Shown: positions 18,197 to 27,496, numbered from the stretch's first letter. The stretch: DNA of 64,000 nt from an uncultured Actinomycetes bacterium (GCA_903838295.1 CAILXX010000007.1:489-64488), one strand, 5' to 3'. Numbers and translations: made by a program. Notes: generated by a model from the letters alone, not told the origin.

Positions 18197-20113
18197 GTGA
18201 GAAAATTAATTTTTAGCGCTGCCATTGTCATTTCTTCATTCGCCTTGGTGGCCACAGGGGTTCAGACAAGTTTTGCTGATGTCCCATCTGCGGCGGCGCC
18301 ATTAACGGTCTCTCTCGATTCAAAGACTGCAACCGTGACAGTTCCTGCTACAAGCCAGGCAACAACGTGGACCATCACATTAGCGGATCCGACTTTAGCG
18401 ACAGTTTCTGGAACGACACTGACTTTACTTAAGGCCGGTTCAACTGAGATGACATTTACTCCAGCAGCGACTGGTCCATACTATGGGCACCCACGCCAAT
18501 CCTTGTTACGAATTACGCCTGGGACCCCGATTGTCTCGCCTTGGGCGCCATTGATCACAAATATTACTGCCGGGAAATTTATTATTCCTCAGCCTGTATC
18601 TACATCGAATGGAACATGGGCTTATTCATTATCTGGAACTTCTGGAATTGCCACGCTAAGCGGAGCAACGGTGACTCTGTTGGATGGTGGAGTCGTGACA
18701 ATTAATGCCACCCAGTTTGCAACCAATAACTGGCTCGCCACGAGTACAACTACGACGCTGACGATTAACGCCATTACTCCAACAATTGGAAGTTTCACAA
18801 ATACAACTGTCGCGAAAGATGCAATATCTTCATTCTCGCTCGTCCCGCCTATATCTAACTCGCCAGGTATATGGACCTTTTCGATTGCGGACCAATCAGT
18901 CGCTTCAATATCTGGACGTACAGTAACCCCGGTCAATGTTGGGAGCACAACGATCACGGCAAAACAGGCGCCGGCAAGTGGGTTTAGCTCAGCAAAGGCC
19001 ACAATGACTTTGACTGTTACTGGCGCAACTGCGTCGGTCGGAAGCTTCGGCCCAATAACTTATGCGTATGGTTCGATCCCAAATAACATTATTCCGCTAA
19101 CAAATCCGACTTCGAATTCTCCTGGTTTGTGGTCTTATTCCATCGCAGATCCAACTGTTGCCACAGTTTCGGGTAGCACTTTGCGAGTCCTAAAACCTGG
19201 CATTACTACCATTACTGCCACCCAACTCGCTGTAAACAATTACAATGCTTCAACTCCGCAAACAGTTGCTTTAACTGTGACGACAGTACCCACATACACA
19301 GCCTTACCGAATAAAACTCAAGTATTTGGTGATCCCAACATTACGATTACACCACCGACGTCATTATCAACCGGTGCCTGGACTTTGACCTCCAGTAATC
19401 CTGCGGTTGTCGCTATAACCGGAACAACCCTTTCTATTGTTGGTGCAGGTACCGCAACCATTACCCTCAATCAAGCAGCTAATAGCTATTGGCTAGCAGG
19501 ATCGACATCATTCACTGTTAGCGTTGCTGGTTTGGTTCCAACAATCGGAACGTTGACGCCGGTCTCCATCGCTGCGGGTGAGACGATTGCTACGATTATT
19601 AGCCCAACATCGAATTCAACGGGTACTTGGCTTTATACATCGAGTGATCCGACGATCGTTAAAGTTGTTAATAATTCTTTGGTAGGGGTAAAAGTAGGTT
19701 CGACCACTCTATCGGCGGTTCAACAGCCTGCTGGTAAATATGGACAATCAAATACAGTTCAAGCAACTGTTATCGTTACTCCTGCTTTAATCCCAACTCC
19801 AACTCCAGTAGCGACGCCAAAGGTCACACCAACTCCAACCCCAGTAGTGACACCAGTAAAGACACCAGTAGTGAAACCAAAGGTCACTCCTAAGGCGAAA
19901 CCTAAAGCCAAAAAAACTGCCGTGGTTCCGGTGGTTAAAGCATCATTGGCTGGGCGTACTCTGACGGTGACCGCCAAGGGTGGCAAAGTAACTGTGATGA
20001 TCAATGGTGCTGCTGCAAAAGTGGGCAAGAACAAAATGCCAGTTGGAAATGATCTGGTTATTATCGAATTCGGCTCCAAAGTTATTTATTCCAAAGTATT
20101 TTCGGTCAAATAA
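18197..20113 (+). CDS. Secreted surface protein with six Ig-like (BIG2-like) repeats, a Pro/Thr/Lys-rich linker and a small C-terminal domain
   Basis: Signal peptide MRKLIFSAAIVISSFALVATGVQTSFA. Six repeats of ~83 aa share PxSNSxGxWxYSxxDPxVAxVSGxTLxxxxxGxTTITAxQ. The linker is PTPTPVATPKVTPTPTPVVTPVKTPVVKPKVTPKAKPKAKK. GATAAT-N6-GTG lies at 18185-18199. Confidence 0.75.
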   Translation: MRKLIFSAAIVISSFALVATGVQTSFADVPSAAAPLTVSLDSKTATVTVPATSQATTWTITLADPTLATVSGTTLTLLKAGSTEMTFTPAATGPYYGHPRQSLLRITPGTPIVSPWAPLITNITAGKFIIPQPVSTSNGTWAYSLSGTSGIATLSGATVTLLDGGVVTINATQFATNNWLATSTTTTLTINAITPTIGSFTNTTVAKDAISSFSLVPPISNSPGIWTFSIADQSVASISGRTVTPVNVGSTTITAKQAPASGFSSAKATMTLTVTGATASVGSFGPITYAYGSIPNNIIPLTNPTSNSPGLWSYSIADPTVATVSGSTLRVLKPGITTITATQLAVNNYNASTPQTVALTVTTVPTYTALPNKTQVFGDPNITITPPTSLSTGAWTLTSSNPAVVAITGTTLSIVGAGTATITLNQAANSYWLAGSTSFTVSVAGLVPTIGTLTPVSIAAGETIATIISPTSNSTGTWLYTSSDPTIVKVVNNSLVGVKVGSTTLSAVQQPAGKYGQSNTVQATVIVTPALIPTPTPVATPKVTPTPTPVVTPVKTPVVKPKVTPKAKPKAKKTAVVPVVKASLAGRTLTVTAKGGKVTVMINGAAAKVGKNKMPVGNDLVIIEFGSKVIYSKVFSVK

Positions 20114-20122
20114 CCGAAGCCA

Positions 20123-20998
20123 ATGAAGGCTGTGAAGGTAGGGACCTTTACGCCTTCGACCGTTCTCCAAATTGCTCACACCCAGGGGTACTTCGGTAGC
20201 GCTGGAATCGAAGTCGAAGAGATCTCCGTACATTCTTCCCCCGGGCAATTTGAAAGCCTAGAAGCTGGCTTGATCGATATTGCGCTCACCAATCCCGATA
20301 ACGTAATTGCCTATGCATACCTGAGCGAAAATCCGCTTCAACGAAATTTGGATCTTCGAATTTTGGCTGCGATTGATCGAGGCCTTGGTGTCTCGCTTTC
20401 ATTAGCACCAGGAGTAAATCAATTAGATGCCAATCTAACTTTAGGTGTGGATGTCTCCAAATCTGGTTTTGCTATCTGCGCCTACGCTCTTCTAGAGAAG
20501 TTAGGTTTTGAATTTGGCAGATACAAAATTGTGGACCTTGGTTCGACTCCCAAACGTGCAGAGGCGCTGATCAAAGGAGAGATCTCAACTACGATACTAA
20601 ATGCTGGGAATGAGATTCGTGCAGCTGGCCATGGTTGTCATATCATCGCGGAAGTAACCGATCTAGGTCCTTATATTGGGACAGTAGCTGCCGTGATTGG
20701 TAATCCAGATCCATCGTTGATTCAGGTTTCGAAGATCTTGACCAGTGTTTGTGACGAAATTTTGGCGGGTGAACATCAAGAGCTAGTGTGTGAATTAGCA
20801 AAAGATCGCCTGAAGCTAGATGATGCTCAAGCCCTCGAACATTATGAAAAGATGCTCAATCCTAAGATTGGTCTAATAAGCGGCGGAATATGCGACATGG
20901 AGTCACTCGAAACAATCATACGAATCCGCAGTCAGTATTTTCCCACCACAGAACTAGCGAACGCTGTAAGAAAGTTGCCCGAACTTCTAGCCAACTAA
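20123..20998 (+). CDS. NMT1/SsuA-like periplasmic-binding-fold protein without a signal peptide
   Basis: N-terminus VKVGTFTPSTVLQIAHTQGYFGSAGIEVEEISVHSSPGQFESLEAGLIDIALT resembles the NMT1/THI5 / SsuA-type type-2 binding fold. No hydrophobic leader. Confidence 0.55.
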   Translation: MKAVKVGTFTPSTVLQIAHTQGYFGSAGIEVEEISVHSSPGQFESLEAGLIDIALTNPDNVIAYAYLSENPLQRNLDLRILAAIDRGLGVSLSLAPGVNQLDANLTLGVDVSKSGFAICAYALLEKLGFEFGRYKIVDLGSTPKRAEALIKGEISTTILNAGNEIRAAGHGCHIIAEVTDLGPYIGTVAAVIGNPDPSLIQVSKILTSVCDEILAGEHQELVCELAKDRLKLDDAQALEHYEKMLNPKIGLISGGICDMESLETIIRIRSQYFPTTELANAVRKLPELLAN

Positions 20999-21022
20999 GG
21001 GTTCGCAGGGTAACCTGCAGGC

Positions 21023-21940
21023 ATGTCACAATCCTTTGATACAAAAATTCCAGTGAAGGTAATCCCGGTCCCGGGATCTGATATCGCTGCCGAATATTTC
21101 TTGGCTCAAACAATTGACGGACTTTATGTTCCATATGTCATGCGCGTACCAAAAGGAGATGGACCGTTCCCATTTATTTTCTTGGCATACGGAAATGGCG
21201 GAGTAGGATTTGAATGGTTAGAGGACCGAGTCCATCGGTTTAGTTACATTATGGATAAATTATTGGCGGAGGGATATGCATGCGCGTGGGGCAGGTATCG
21301 CTCTGAAGTCGAATTAGGGTTTCATACTGGGGGTAAGTTGCAGGTTGATGTCCGTCAAGGAATGCAGCTGATGAATCGCTCCCCATTGGAATTTGAAGAC
21401 GAGATCGCGATTTTAGAGAACGTAAAGAAGGATCTTCGGATCGATGCGGATCGCTTAGGTCATATTGGCGTCAGCCATGCTGGCGAGATGCTCTTCAAGA
21501 TAGCTTCGCAGTATGAAGGAATTGTTAAAGCGGGCGTGGCCTGCGAACCAGCAAATCACGAATTTTTGGCGCTTACTCCGGATCACACCACGCATATCAA
21601 TCCAGCAACAGGTCTACGGGATATTGAAGATATGGTGATGAGTAACCCCATCTATGTCCGCACCCGGATTGATGAAGTAATTGCAAAGAAGCGTATCGCC
21701 GCAATTAACACTCCAATGTTGGTGATGGGACGCGATGAAGATCACCTGCAGGGAATTTTCCGCACCAGCTATGACCTGCTAGAAGAAGCTAAGAAGGAAG
21801 CCGAATGGGTGTCGTGGGATCACGAATTGCATGGATATATCTTCCCGGTTCGAAATGAAACTGGCACTATAGAAGTAGATGAAGTACAAGAAGCCGCGAT
21901 CGATGGTTTAATCGATTACCTAGATAGATACCTAAAATAG
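21023..21940 (+). CDS. Alpha/beta hydrolase (dienelactone-hydrolase / S9-like)
   Basis: Nucleophile elbow GVSHAG, plus a C-terminal Asp/His region (GRDEDH, DHELHGY). TAACCT-N6-ATG lies directly upstream. Confidence 0.7.
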   Translation: MSQSFDTKIPVKVIPVPGSDIAAEYFLAQTIDGLYVPYVMRVPKGDGPFPFIFLAYGNGGVGFEWLEDRVHRFSYIMDKLLAEGYACAWGRYRSEVELGFHTGGKLQVDVRQGMQLMNRSPLEFEDEIAILENVKKDLRIDADRLGHIGVSHAGEMLFKIASQYEGIVKAGVACEPANHEFLALTPDHTTHINPATGLRDIEDMVMSNPIYVRTRIDEVIAKKRIAAINTPMLVMGRDEDHLQGIFRTSYDLLEEAKKEAEWVSWDHELHGYIFPVRNETGTIEVDEVQEAAIDGLIDYLDRYLK

Positions 21941-21948
21941 GAGTACAG

Positions 21949-22521
21949 ATGAGCACACCAACACAGCGGATTTCCTTTGTTCCATATGAAGAAATGGACG
22001 AGGCCATGCAGGGAGAGATGCAACGCTGCGCTCGCGAAGGAACTCCGCGTCCAGAAAGTAGTGCGATTCGTGCTCATGCGCCGAATGCTTTTTGGGCGTT
22101 TGCGAATAGCTGGCAAGATATTTTCTACAATGGAGTTTGTGACCATTCCATTAAAGAGTTGTGCCGTGTATATATTTCGCGAACCGTGAAGTGTGAATTT
22201 TGTGGTAACCAACGCAGTGAAAAAGCAACCACTCAAGGTTTACTAGAGATGAAATATGACGACTTGCTCAACTTTGAAACATCGGATAAATATGATGATC
22301 GACAGAAAGCGGCGCTTGCTTATGCAGAAGCAATTGCTTGGCGATTAGATTTGGATGAAGCTTTCTGGGTTCGCTTGCGTTCTCACTTTACAGAAACAGA
22401 GATGGTCGAACTCGGTTGTTTTATAGGCCTTACCTTTGGCCAACAGAGTTGGATTCGAATCCTTAATATCGAACACCAGACCTATATGGCCGAAACCACC
22501 GCAGGTCTAGTTAAGAAGTAA
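21949..22521 (+). CDS. Carboxymuconolactone decarboxylase (AhpD-like) family protein
   Basis: CxxC context VKCEFCGNQRS in a helical ~190-aa protein, typical of CMD/AhpD-like proteins. Confidence 0.7.
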   Translation: MSTPTQRISFVPYEEMDEAMQGEMQRCAREGTPRPESSAIRAHAPNAFWAFANSWQDIFYNGVCDHSIKELCRVYISRTVKCEFCGNQRSEKATTQGLLEMKYDDLLNFETSDKYDDRQKAALAYAEAIAWRLDLDEAFWVRLRSHFTETEMVELGCFIGLTFGQQSWIRILNIEHQTYMAETTAGLVKK

Positions 22522-22525
22522 AACC

Positions 22526-23596
22526 CTATAAATTCGAGCTTAAACCAAGCTTTTCTGCCATCCAATCTGCAGTAAAATAACGATGTTCGTTGGGAACATT
22601 GGCACATCCGTGATTGCCACGTTCTAGCATTAGCAATTCGCTATTACCCTTCATGATCTCGTGCATTTTGACCGCTTCTTGCCACGGAATCAATCGATCC
22701 ATCTTGCCGCCGACGATCAAAGTAGGACACTTAATCATTTCGAGGCGACCTTCGTTGGACAAAGTGAGAGCATGTTGTTCTGCATCCGCATCGTCTTTTG
22801 AAAATGATCGAACCGTAAACGTTTCTCTACTTAATGCAGGTAGGTCTTTCCACAATTTTCCAAAGTTGTAAGGTCCGCAGAGCGAGACGCAGGCCTTGAT
22901 ACGTGGATCTCCTGATGCAAAACGAGGTGCATAGTAACCACCAAGACTTACGCCCCAGACTGCAATTTTCTCGTTATTGATATCTGCGCGACTGATTAAG
23001 TAATCGACGATCGCGCGACCCGGGATTTCCCAATCAGCACGAATTGGTAGGTCGTATTCGGCTTCGCCTTGACCTGGGCCATCGACGCTAAAAGTCGCCA
23101 TACCCCGTTCTAAAAATAAGTTTTCGGTCGGATTAAATTCTTCTTTTGTCGAGTCTAAACCGGGAACCAGAATCACAACGGGGTACGGACCTTCTCCGTG
23201 CGGCTTGCGTAAGATGCCAACCATTTTTGCGCCTTCAAATGGGATCTCTATGCGTTCGCCAGGAAACTCGATGTACTTGATTGCAATTTCACGACAGCGG
23301 ACGGCATTGAAATGCGCGACCTTCATCTCTTCGTAATGACGAACGAAGACAAATTTGGCGAAATGATAAAAGGCAGATGCCGTGCTGTAATGCGCACCGG
23401 CTGATTTGTAGTGCTTTTTGGCTAGGGCTTCCTCGCCCATTTGCTCGTATTGTGCCCCGCCCTTAGAAAAGGCTGCACACCAGTCATCCCACGATTCCAA
23501 CCCCTGGGTCGTACGTTCGAAGTCCACAACCGAGACGCCATTTGATGTAAAACGAGGCGCCCAATGGGCCTTGGCTGAAGCTACATATTCGTCCAT
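22526..23596 (-). CDS. Alpha/beta hydrolase, 2,6-dihydroxypseudooxynicotine (DHPON)-hydrolase-like, paralog 1
   Basis: N-terminal helical cap HWAPRFTSNGVSVVDFERTT...YHFAKFVFV, then PGLDSTKEEF and the nucleophile elbow GVSLGGYYA. I prefer the ATG at 23596 (GAAAGG 6 nt upstream) to the listed TTG at 23614. Confidence 0.8.
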   Translation of the reverse strand: MDEYVASAKAHWAPRFTSNGVSVVDFERTTQGLESWDDWCAAFSKGGAQYEQMGEEALAKKHYKSAGAHYSTASAFYHFAKFVFVRHYEEMKVAHFNAVRCREIAIKYIEFPGERIEIPFEGAKMVGILRKPHGEGPYPVVILVPGLDSTKEEFNPTENLFLERGMATFSVDGPGQGEAEYDLPIRADWEIPGRAIVDYLISRADINNEKIAVWGVSLGGYYAPRFASGDPRIKACVSLCGPYNFGKLWKDLPALSRETFTVRSFSKDDADAEQHALTLSNEGRLEMIKCPTLIVGGKMDRLIPWQEAVKMHEIMKGNSELLMLERGNHGCANVPNEHRYFTADWMAEKLGLSSNL

Positions 23597-23609
23597 ATGG
23601 GGCCTTTCT

Positions 23610-23623
23610 TGCAATCGATTGCG
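23610..23623. promoter_or_regulatory. LacI-type operator candidate, site 1 (TGCAATCGATTGCG)
   Basis: 14-bp near-palindrome with a central CG, directly abutting the RBS of the minus-strand hydrolase gene. One of five related sites. Confidence 0.6.
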
Positions 23624-23700
23624 GATAGAGGGAATTTAACGGACGGCAAGCCAAAGGGGAAGACCTATCCAGCAGGCAAATACCCTGTTACGTTCCCGCA

Positions 23701-24588
23701 ATGGCTCGAATTGGCTTTTTAGGACTCGGTGATATGGGTCAAGTGATCATTCCGCGCTTGATGGCAGCCGGCCACGAAGTAACCGGATGGAATCGCACTC
23801 CTGGCAAAGATGCAGACCTGAAGAAATTGGGAATGCTGATCGGTGGATCCCCGGCAGATATTGCACACACAAGTGATTTCATATTTTCGATCGTTACAAA
23901 TGGTGAAGCGGTTCGAGAAATTTCGCTTGGCAAAGATGGAGTGATTCACGGAATATCCGACCAAGCTGTTTATTTAGACATGAGCACCATAGAGCCAGAA
24001 GTTAGTAGAGAAGTACATCATGCATTTAAAGCGGTAGGAAAGATCATGGTGGATGCACCAATATCTGGAAGCCCGGTGACTATTGCACAAGGCAAAGCAT
24101 CGCTGATGATCGGTGGTGATCCAGAAGTTTTCCCAAAGGTGGAGAAGGTCTTACTTGATATTGGAGCCAAGGCAACGTACATCGGTACTAGCGGACTAGC
24201 CACACAAGCAAAACTTTCCATTAACTCGCTATTGATGATCGAAGTAATTGCGTTTGGCGAAGCCGTTGCGCTTGCAGAAAAAGGTGGTGTAGATAGAGCA
24301 ATAATGGTCAATGCAATTCTCAATAGTGTTGCGGCTTCACCCGTACTTGGCTACCGTGGACCATTTATTCTTAAAGGCAATATGCCTGATAAACCCTTAG
24401 CGGATGTTCGAGTACAGCAAAAGGATATGTCACTTGTTTTAGAACAGGGACGTAGATTAGCTATGGCTTTGCCAATCGCTGCATCGGCTAATGACATGAT
24501 GAATGTCTGCCGCGGAATGGGAATCGGTCACAAAGATTTTGTCGTCGCACACGAAGCGTATTTGCGCATGGGAGGAATCACCGAATGA
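23701..24588 (+). CDS. NAD(P)-dependent oxidoreductase, 3-hydroxyisobutyrate / tartronate-semialdehyde reductase family
   Basis: Rossmann motif IGFLGLGDMG, MVDAPISGSP and a helical C-terminal domain. TACGTT-N6-ATG lies upstream (leaderless type). Confidence 0.85.
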   Translation: MARIGFLGLGDMGQVIIPRLMAAGHEVTGWNRTPGKDADLKKLGMLIGGSPADIAHTSDFIFSIVTNGEAVREISLGKDGVIHGISDQAVYLDMSTIEPEVSREVHHAFKAVGKIMVDAPISGSPVTIAQGKASLMIGGDPEVFPKVEKVLLDIGAKATYIGTSGLATQAKLSINSLLMIEVIAFGEAVALAEKGGVDRAIMVNAILNSVAASPVLGYRGPFILKGNMPDKPLADVRVQQKDMSLVLEQGRRLAMALPIAASANDMMNVCRGMGIGHKDFVVAHEAYLRMGGITE

Positions 24589-24998
24589 AGCCAGATCTAT
24601 ATGTAACTAATTTAAAAGATGTCCCGGTAGTCGAAGGCCTGCGCCGAGATGAAGGGTGGGTCAATATGCAGGTCCAGTTTGCGATAGATAAAGCAAAGGC
24701 GGGATCTGACAATTTGTTGGTGGGTTGGACGGTAATGCCACCTGGAGCCATGCACGATCGCCATCGTCACTCTAATTGCGAAGAGTTTTGGATAGTGGTT
24801 GAAGGCGACGGCATTATGTACACGAATGACGGCGAACGACCAGCGCACAAGGGGGATTTTGTATTGATCCCACGTGGCCACTGGCATGGGTTCAAGAACA
24901 CATCTAATCACGATGCGGTTTTGGCTTGGGGTTGGAGCGGTGCCGGATCACTCGAAGATTCTGGATACGAAGCGGACCAAGACAATCACCACCGATAA
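24585..24998 (+). CDS. Cupin-domain protein
   Basis: Metal motif context HDRHRHSNCEEFWIVVEG ... HWHGF. 4-nt overlap with the upstream gene. Confidence 0.75.
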   Translation: MKPDLYVTNLKDVPVVEGLRRDEGWVNMQVQFAIDKAKAGSDNLLVGWTVMPPGAMHDRHRHSNCEEFWIVVEGDGIMYTNDGERPAHKGDFVLIPRGHWHGFKNTSNHDAVLAWGWSGAGSLEDSGYEADQDNHHR

Positions 24999-25689
24999 TT
25001 GGCGTAAGGATCCTCGACTTACAGCAGGGTATGCAGCGTTAAAGACAAAATTAATTTTTGATCAAGCTGCTCGCAATAAGCAGGTTGGATGGAAATTAGG
25101 ATTTGGATCCCCGACAGGATTGGCCAACCTAAAACTCGGAGCACCTTTGGCTGGGTACCTTTTAGCTGAACGTGCGTTAACCAATAACGCCCATGTGGAC
25201 ATTAAGGATTGGGTAAAGCCAGTCGGTGAAGCAGAGATCGTGGTTTATTTTGATCGCGATGTCAGACCAGGATCATCGCAGGATCTTGTTCTGCAAGCCA
25301 TTTGTGCCATAGGACCCGCAATCGAGTTGGCAGATTTAGAATTTATTCCCGACGATCCGACAAAAATATTGGGTACGGATATATTTCAGAAACATTACAT
25401 ATTAGGTGATCGCGATGATTCACGTCGGGGTGGAGTAATCGATGGATTAATCGCGCGGATCACCATGCCCGATGGTTCTGAGAAGGTCGTCACAGAACTT
25501 GAAGAGTTGATCGGCAAACTTCCAGAGATAGTCACGCATTGTGCAGACGTTGTCGGTGATTTTTCTGGTGGTATCAAGAAAGGCGAATTTATTTTGATTG
25601 GTTCGATTGTGCCGCCAATTGCTTTAACCGCTGGTGGGCTTTTTAGATATTCGTTGGGTGATTATTTGGCCTTGGAAGTGAATTTTTAA
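24913..25689 (+). CDS. 2-oxopent-4-enoate hydratase / 4-oxalocrotonate decarboxylase-like (MhpD family, FAH fold)
   Basis: GWKLGFGSPTG...GAPLAGYL matches the G-x-K-x-G-x-T/S hydratase N-terminal signature. The start is ambiguous (GTG 24874, ATG 24886, ATG 24913 or GTG 24940) and every option overlaps the cupin gene. Confidence 0.6.
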   Translation: MRFWLGVGAVPDHSKILDTKRTKTITTDNWRKDPRLTAGYAALKTKLIFDQAARNKQVGWKLGFGSPTGLANLKLGAPLAGYLLAERALTNNAHVDIKDWVKPVGEAEIVVYFDRDVRPGSSQDLVLQAICAIGPAIELADLEFIPDDPTKILGTDIFQKHYILGDRDDSRRGGVIDGLIARITMPDGSEKVVTELEELIGKLPEIVTHCADVVGDFSGGIKKGEFILIGSIVPPIALTAGGLFRYSLGDYLALEVNF

Positions 25690-25698
25690 CTAATACTG

Positions 25699-25726
25699 TT
25701 GACTCTTTAAATCTTTGGGCTAGGAT
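25699..25726 (+). promoter_or_regulatory. Candidate promoter of the TPP-enzyme operon
   Basis: TTGACT (25699-25704), a 16-nt spacer, then TAGGAT (25721-25726). The operator begins 4 nt downstream. Confidence 0.5.
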
Positions 25727-25729
25727 TAC

Positions 25730-25743
25730 TGCAAACGATTGCA
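25730..25743. promoter_or_regulatory. LacI-type operator candidate, site 2 (TGCAAACGATTGCA)
   Basis: 14-bp palindrome (one central asymmetry) placed over the predicted +1 of the 25699/25721 promoter. Confidence 0.65.
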
Positions 25744-25762
25744 TAGTCTGGAGCAGATAATC

Positions 25763-27496
25763 TTGGAGATAAACCATGCTCATGGCGGTGCGCTGCTTAC
25801 GTCATTATTGATCGAGCACGATGTCGAATATGTATTTGGTTTACCAGGCGGTCAGACTTATGCCTTGTACGACGGGATCGATCATCGCTCAGAAATTAAG
25901 CATGTATTAGTCCGCGACGAACGCACCGGTGTTTATGCAGCAGACGGTTATGCCCGTGCCACTGGAAAGGTGGGGGTATGTGACGCTACCGTCGGACCAG
26001 GTGCCGCAAATCTTCCCGCAGGTCTAGGCGAAGCGCTAGGTGCATCAATTCCGATTGTTGCTTTGGTCAGCGCATTGCCGGCAAATTTAACTTTGCATCA
26101 ATATCGCTCTGCGGCTTCACAAGCGATGGATCAAGTCAATTTATTAGCACCGGTATCAAAGTGGTACGCCACCGTACCTAGCCTGCAAGCCATGCCAGCT
26201 TTAGTTAGACAGGCTTTTCAGCAAGCCACAACTGGGCGTCCTGGCCCAACCGTATTGTTCTTGCCGCAAGATATTTTAGATTCGAAATTACCAGACGAGA
26301 TGCTCCACCTATTAGAAGCGACTACAGAACGTTCTCGGTTTGGACAATTTCCTGCATTTAGGACGGCGCCAGATGTCGAGGATATTGCTGCAGCTGCAAA
26401 AATATTTGGCACAGCTAAGAAGCCAATTATTGTTGCTGGTGGCGGTGCACTGATATCTGGCGCGATCAAAGAAATTACCGATTTTGCAGATGCGCAGTCG
26501 TGTGCGGTTGCAACAACCTTGTCCGGTAAAGGTGTCATCGCAGAGAACCATTCATTGGCTGTCGGAGTTGTTGGGCAAATGGGAACCCCGGCTGCAGTAG
26601 CGGCGCTTGATGCTGCCGATGTGGTGCTGTTTGTGGGAACAAAGGCAGGTAGTGGTCCAACATTTGGCTGGAGTCGCCCACGTCCTGATCAAAAAATTAT
26701 TCAGATTGATATTGATCCTGCAGAAATTGGTCGTTCATTTGCAAAAGTGACCGGAGTCTTTGCAGATGCTCGCAGTGGAATGCGTTCACTTGCTAGTGCG
26801 GTAGGCACCAATCTACGCCCAGAGTGGAAGTCAGAAGTTGCGAAAATAAAAGAAGATTGGGCTACCGCACGTCACGCCGAACGAACAAGTGAGGCCAAGC
26901 CAATTTTGCCTCAGCGGGTACTTGGCGAATTGCAATCGCTGTTGCGTGAAGATGATCTGATTGTTTGTGACGCAAGTCTGTCTAGTGGCTGGGCTGGTGT
27001 TTATTACGAGCAAAATCTGCCGGGCAAGAAAGTCTTCATGCCTCGTGGTCTTGCCGGTCTTGGATATTCGGTTCCAGCTGCCATTGGAGTTGCGATTGCA
27101 AATCCGGGAAAACGAACCATTGTTCTTACCGGTGATGGCGCTTTGGGCTATTCAATCGGCGAATTCGCAACGATCCTAGAACTTAAATTGCCGATCACGG
27201 TTGTTGTTTTAAATAATGCACAGCTGGGATGGATCCGTTGGTACAGCCACCTCAACTTTGGTACATCCGATCATGGTACTGACTTTGCTGATATTGATTT
27301 TAGTGCGGTAGCAAAGGGCTTTGGCTTCGAAGCAGAACGTGTGGTTGATCCATCACTGTTAGCCATGTCGCTAAAGCGGCTCTTAGAAAGTGAGAAACCA
27401 AGCTTGATCGATATTATTACCGAGACTTGGACGACCCCGGTGTCAGGCCACAAAATTGCACTCGCCAAGAAACAATCAACCGGATACGGAGGGTAA
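25763..27496 (+). CDS. Thiamine-diphosphate-dependent enzyme, acetolactate-synthase-like
   Basis: N-terminal Pyr domain VFGLPGGQTYALYDG and the C-terminal TPP motif GDGALGYSIGEFATI...VLNNAQLGW. TTG at 25763 (GGAG 9 nt upstream) is preferred to the listed TTG at 25739. Confidence 0.85.
   Translation: MEINHAHGGALLTSLLIEHDVEYVFGLPGGQTYALYDGIDHRSEIKHVLVRDERTGVYAADGYARATGKVGVCDATVGPGAANLPAGLGEALGASIPIVALVSALPANLTLHQYRSAASQAMDQVNLLAPVSKWYATVPSLQAMPALVRQAFQQATTGRPGPTVLFLPQDILDSKLPDEMLHLLEATTERSRFGQFPAFRTAPDVEDIAAAAKIFGTAKKPIIVAGGGALISGAIKEITDFADAQSCAVATTLSGKGVIAENHSLAVGVVGQMGTPAAVAALDAADVVLFVGTKAGSGPTFGWSRPRPDQKIIQIDIDPAEIGRSFAKVTGVFADARSGMRSLASAVGTNLRPEWKSEVAKIKEDWATARHAERTSEAKPILPQRVLGELQSLLREDDLIVCDASLSSGWAGVYYEQNLPGKKVFMPRGLAGLGYSVPAAIGVAIANPGKRTIVLTGDGALGYSIGEFATILELKLPITVVVLNNAQLGWIRWYSHLNFGTSDHGTDFADIDFSAVAKGFGFEAERVVDPSLLAMSLKRLLESEKPSLIDIITETWTTPVSGHKIALAKKQSTGYGG

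Noticed and set aside
21907-21920. Additional operator-like sequences: TTTAATCGATTACC (21907-21920) and TGCAATCGGTACTT (50527-50540)
   Set aside because: Both lie inside coding sequence. The first has four mismatches in the arms and the second matches only one half-site. My eye scan of the window is not exhaustive, so a PWM scan is still needed.
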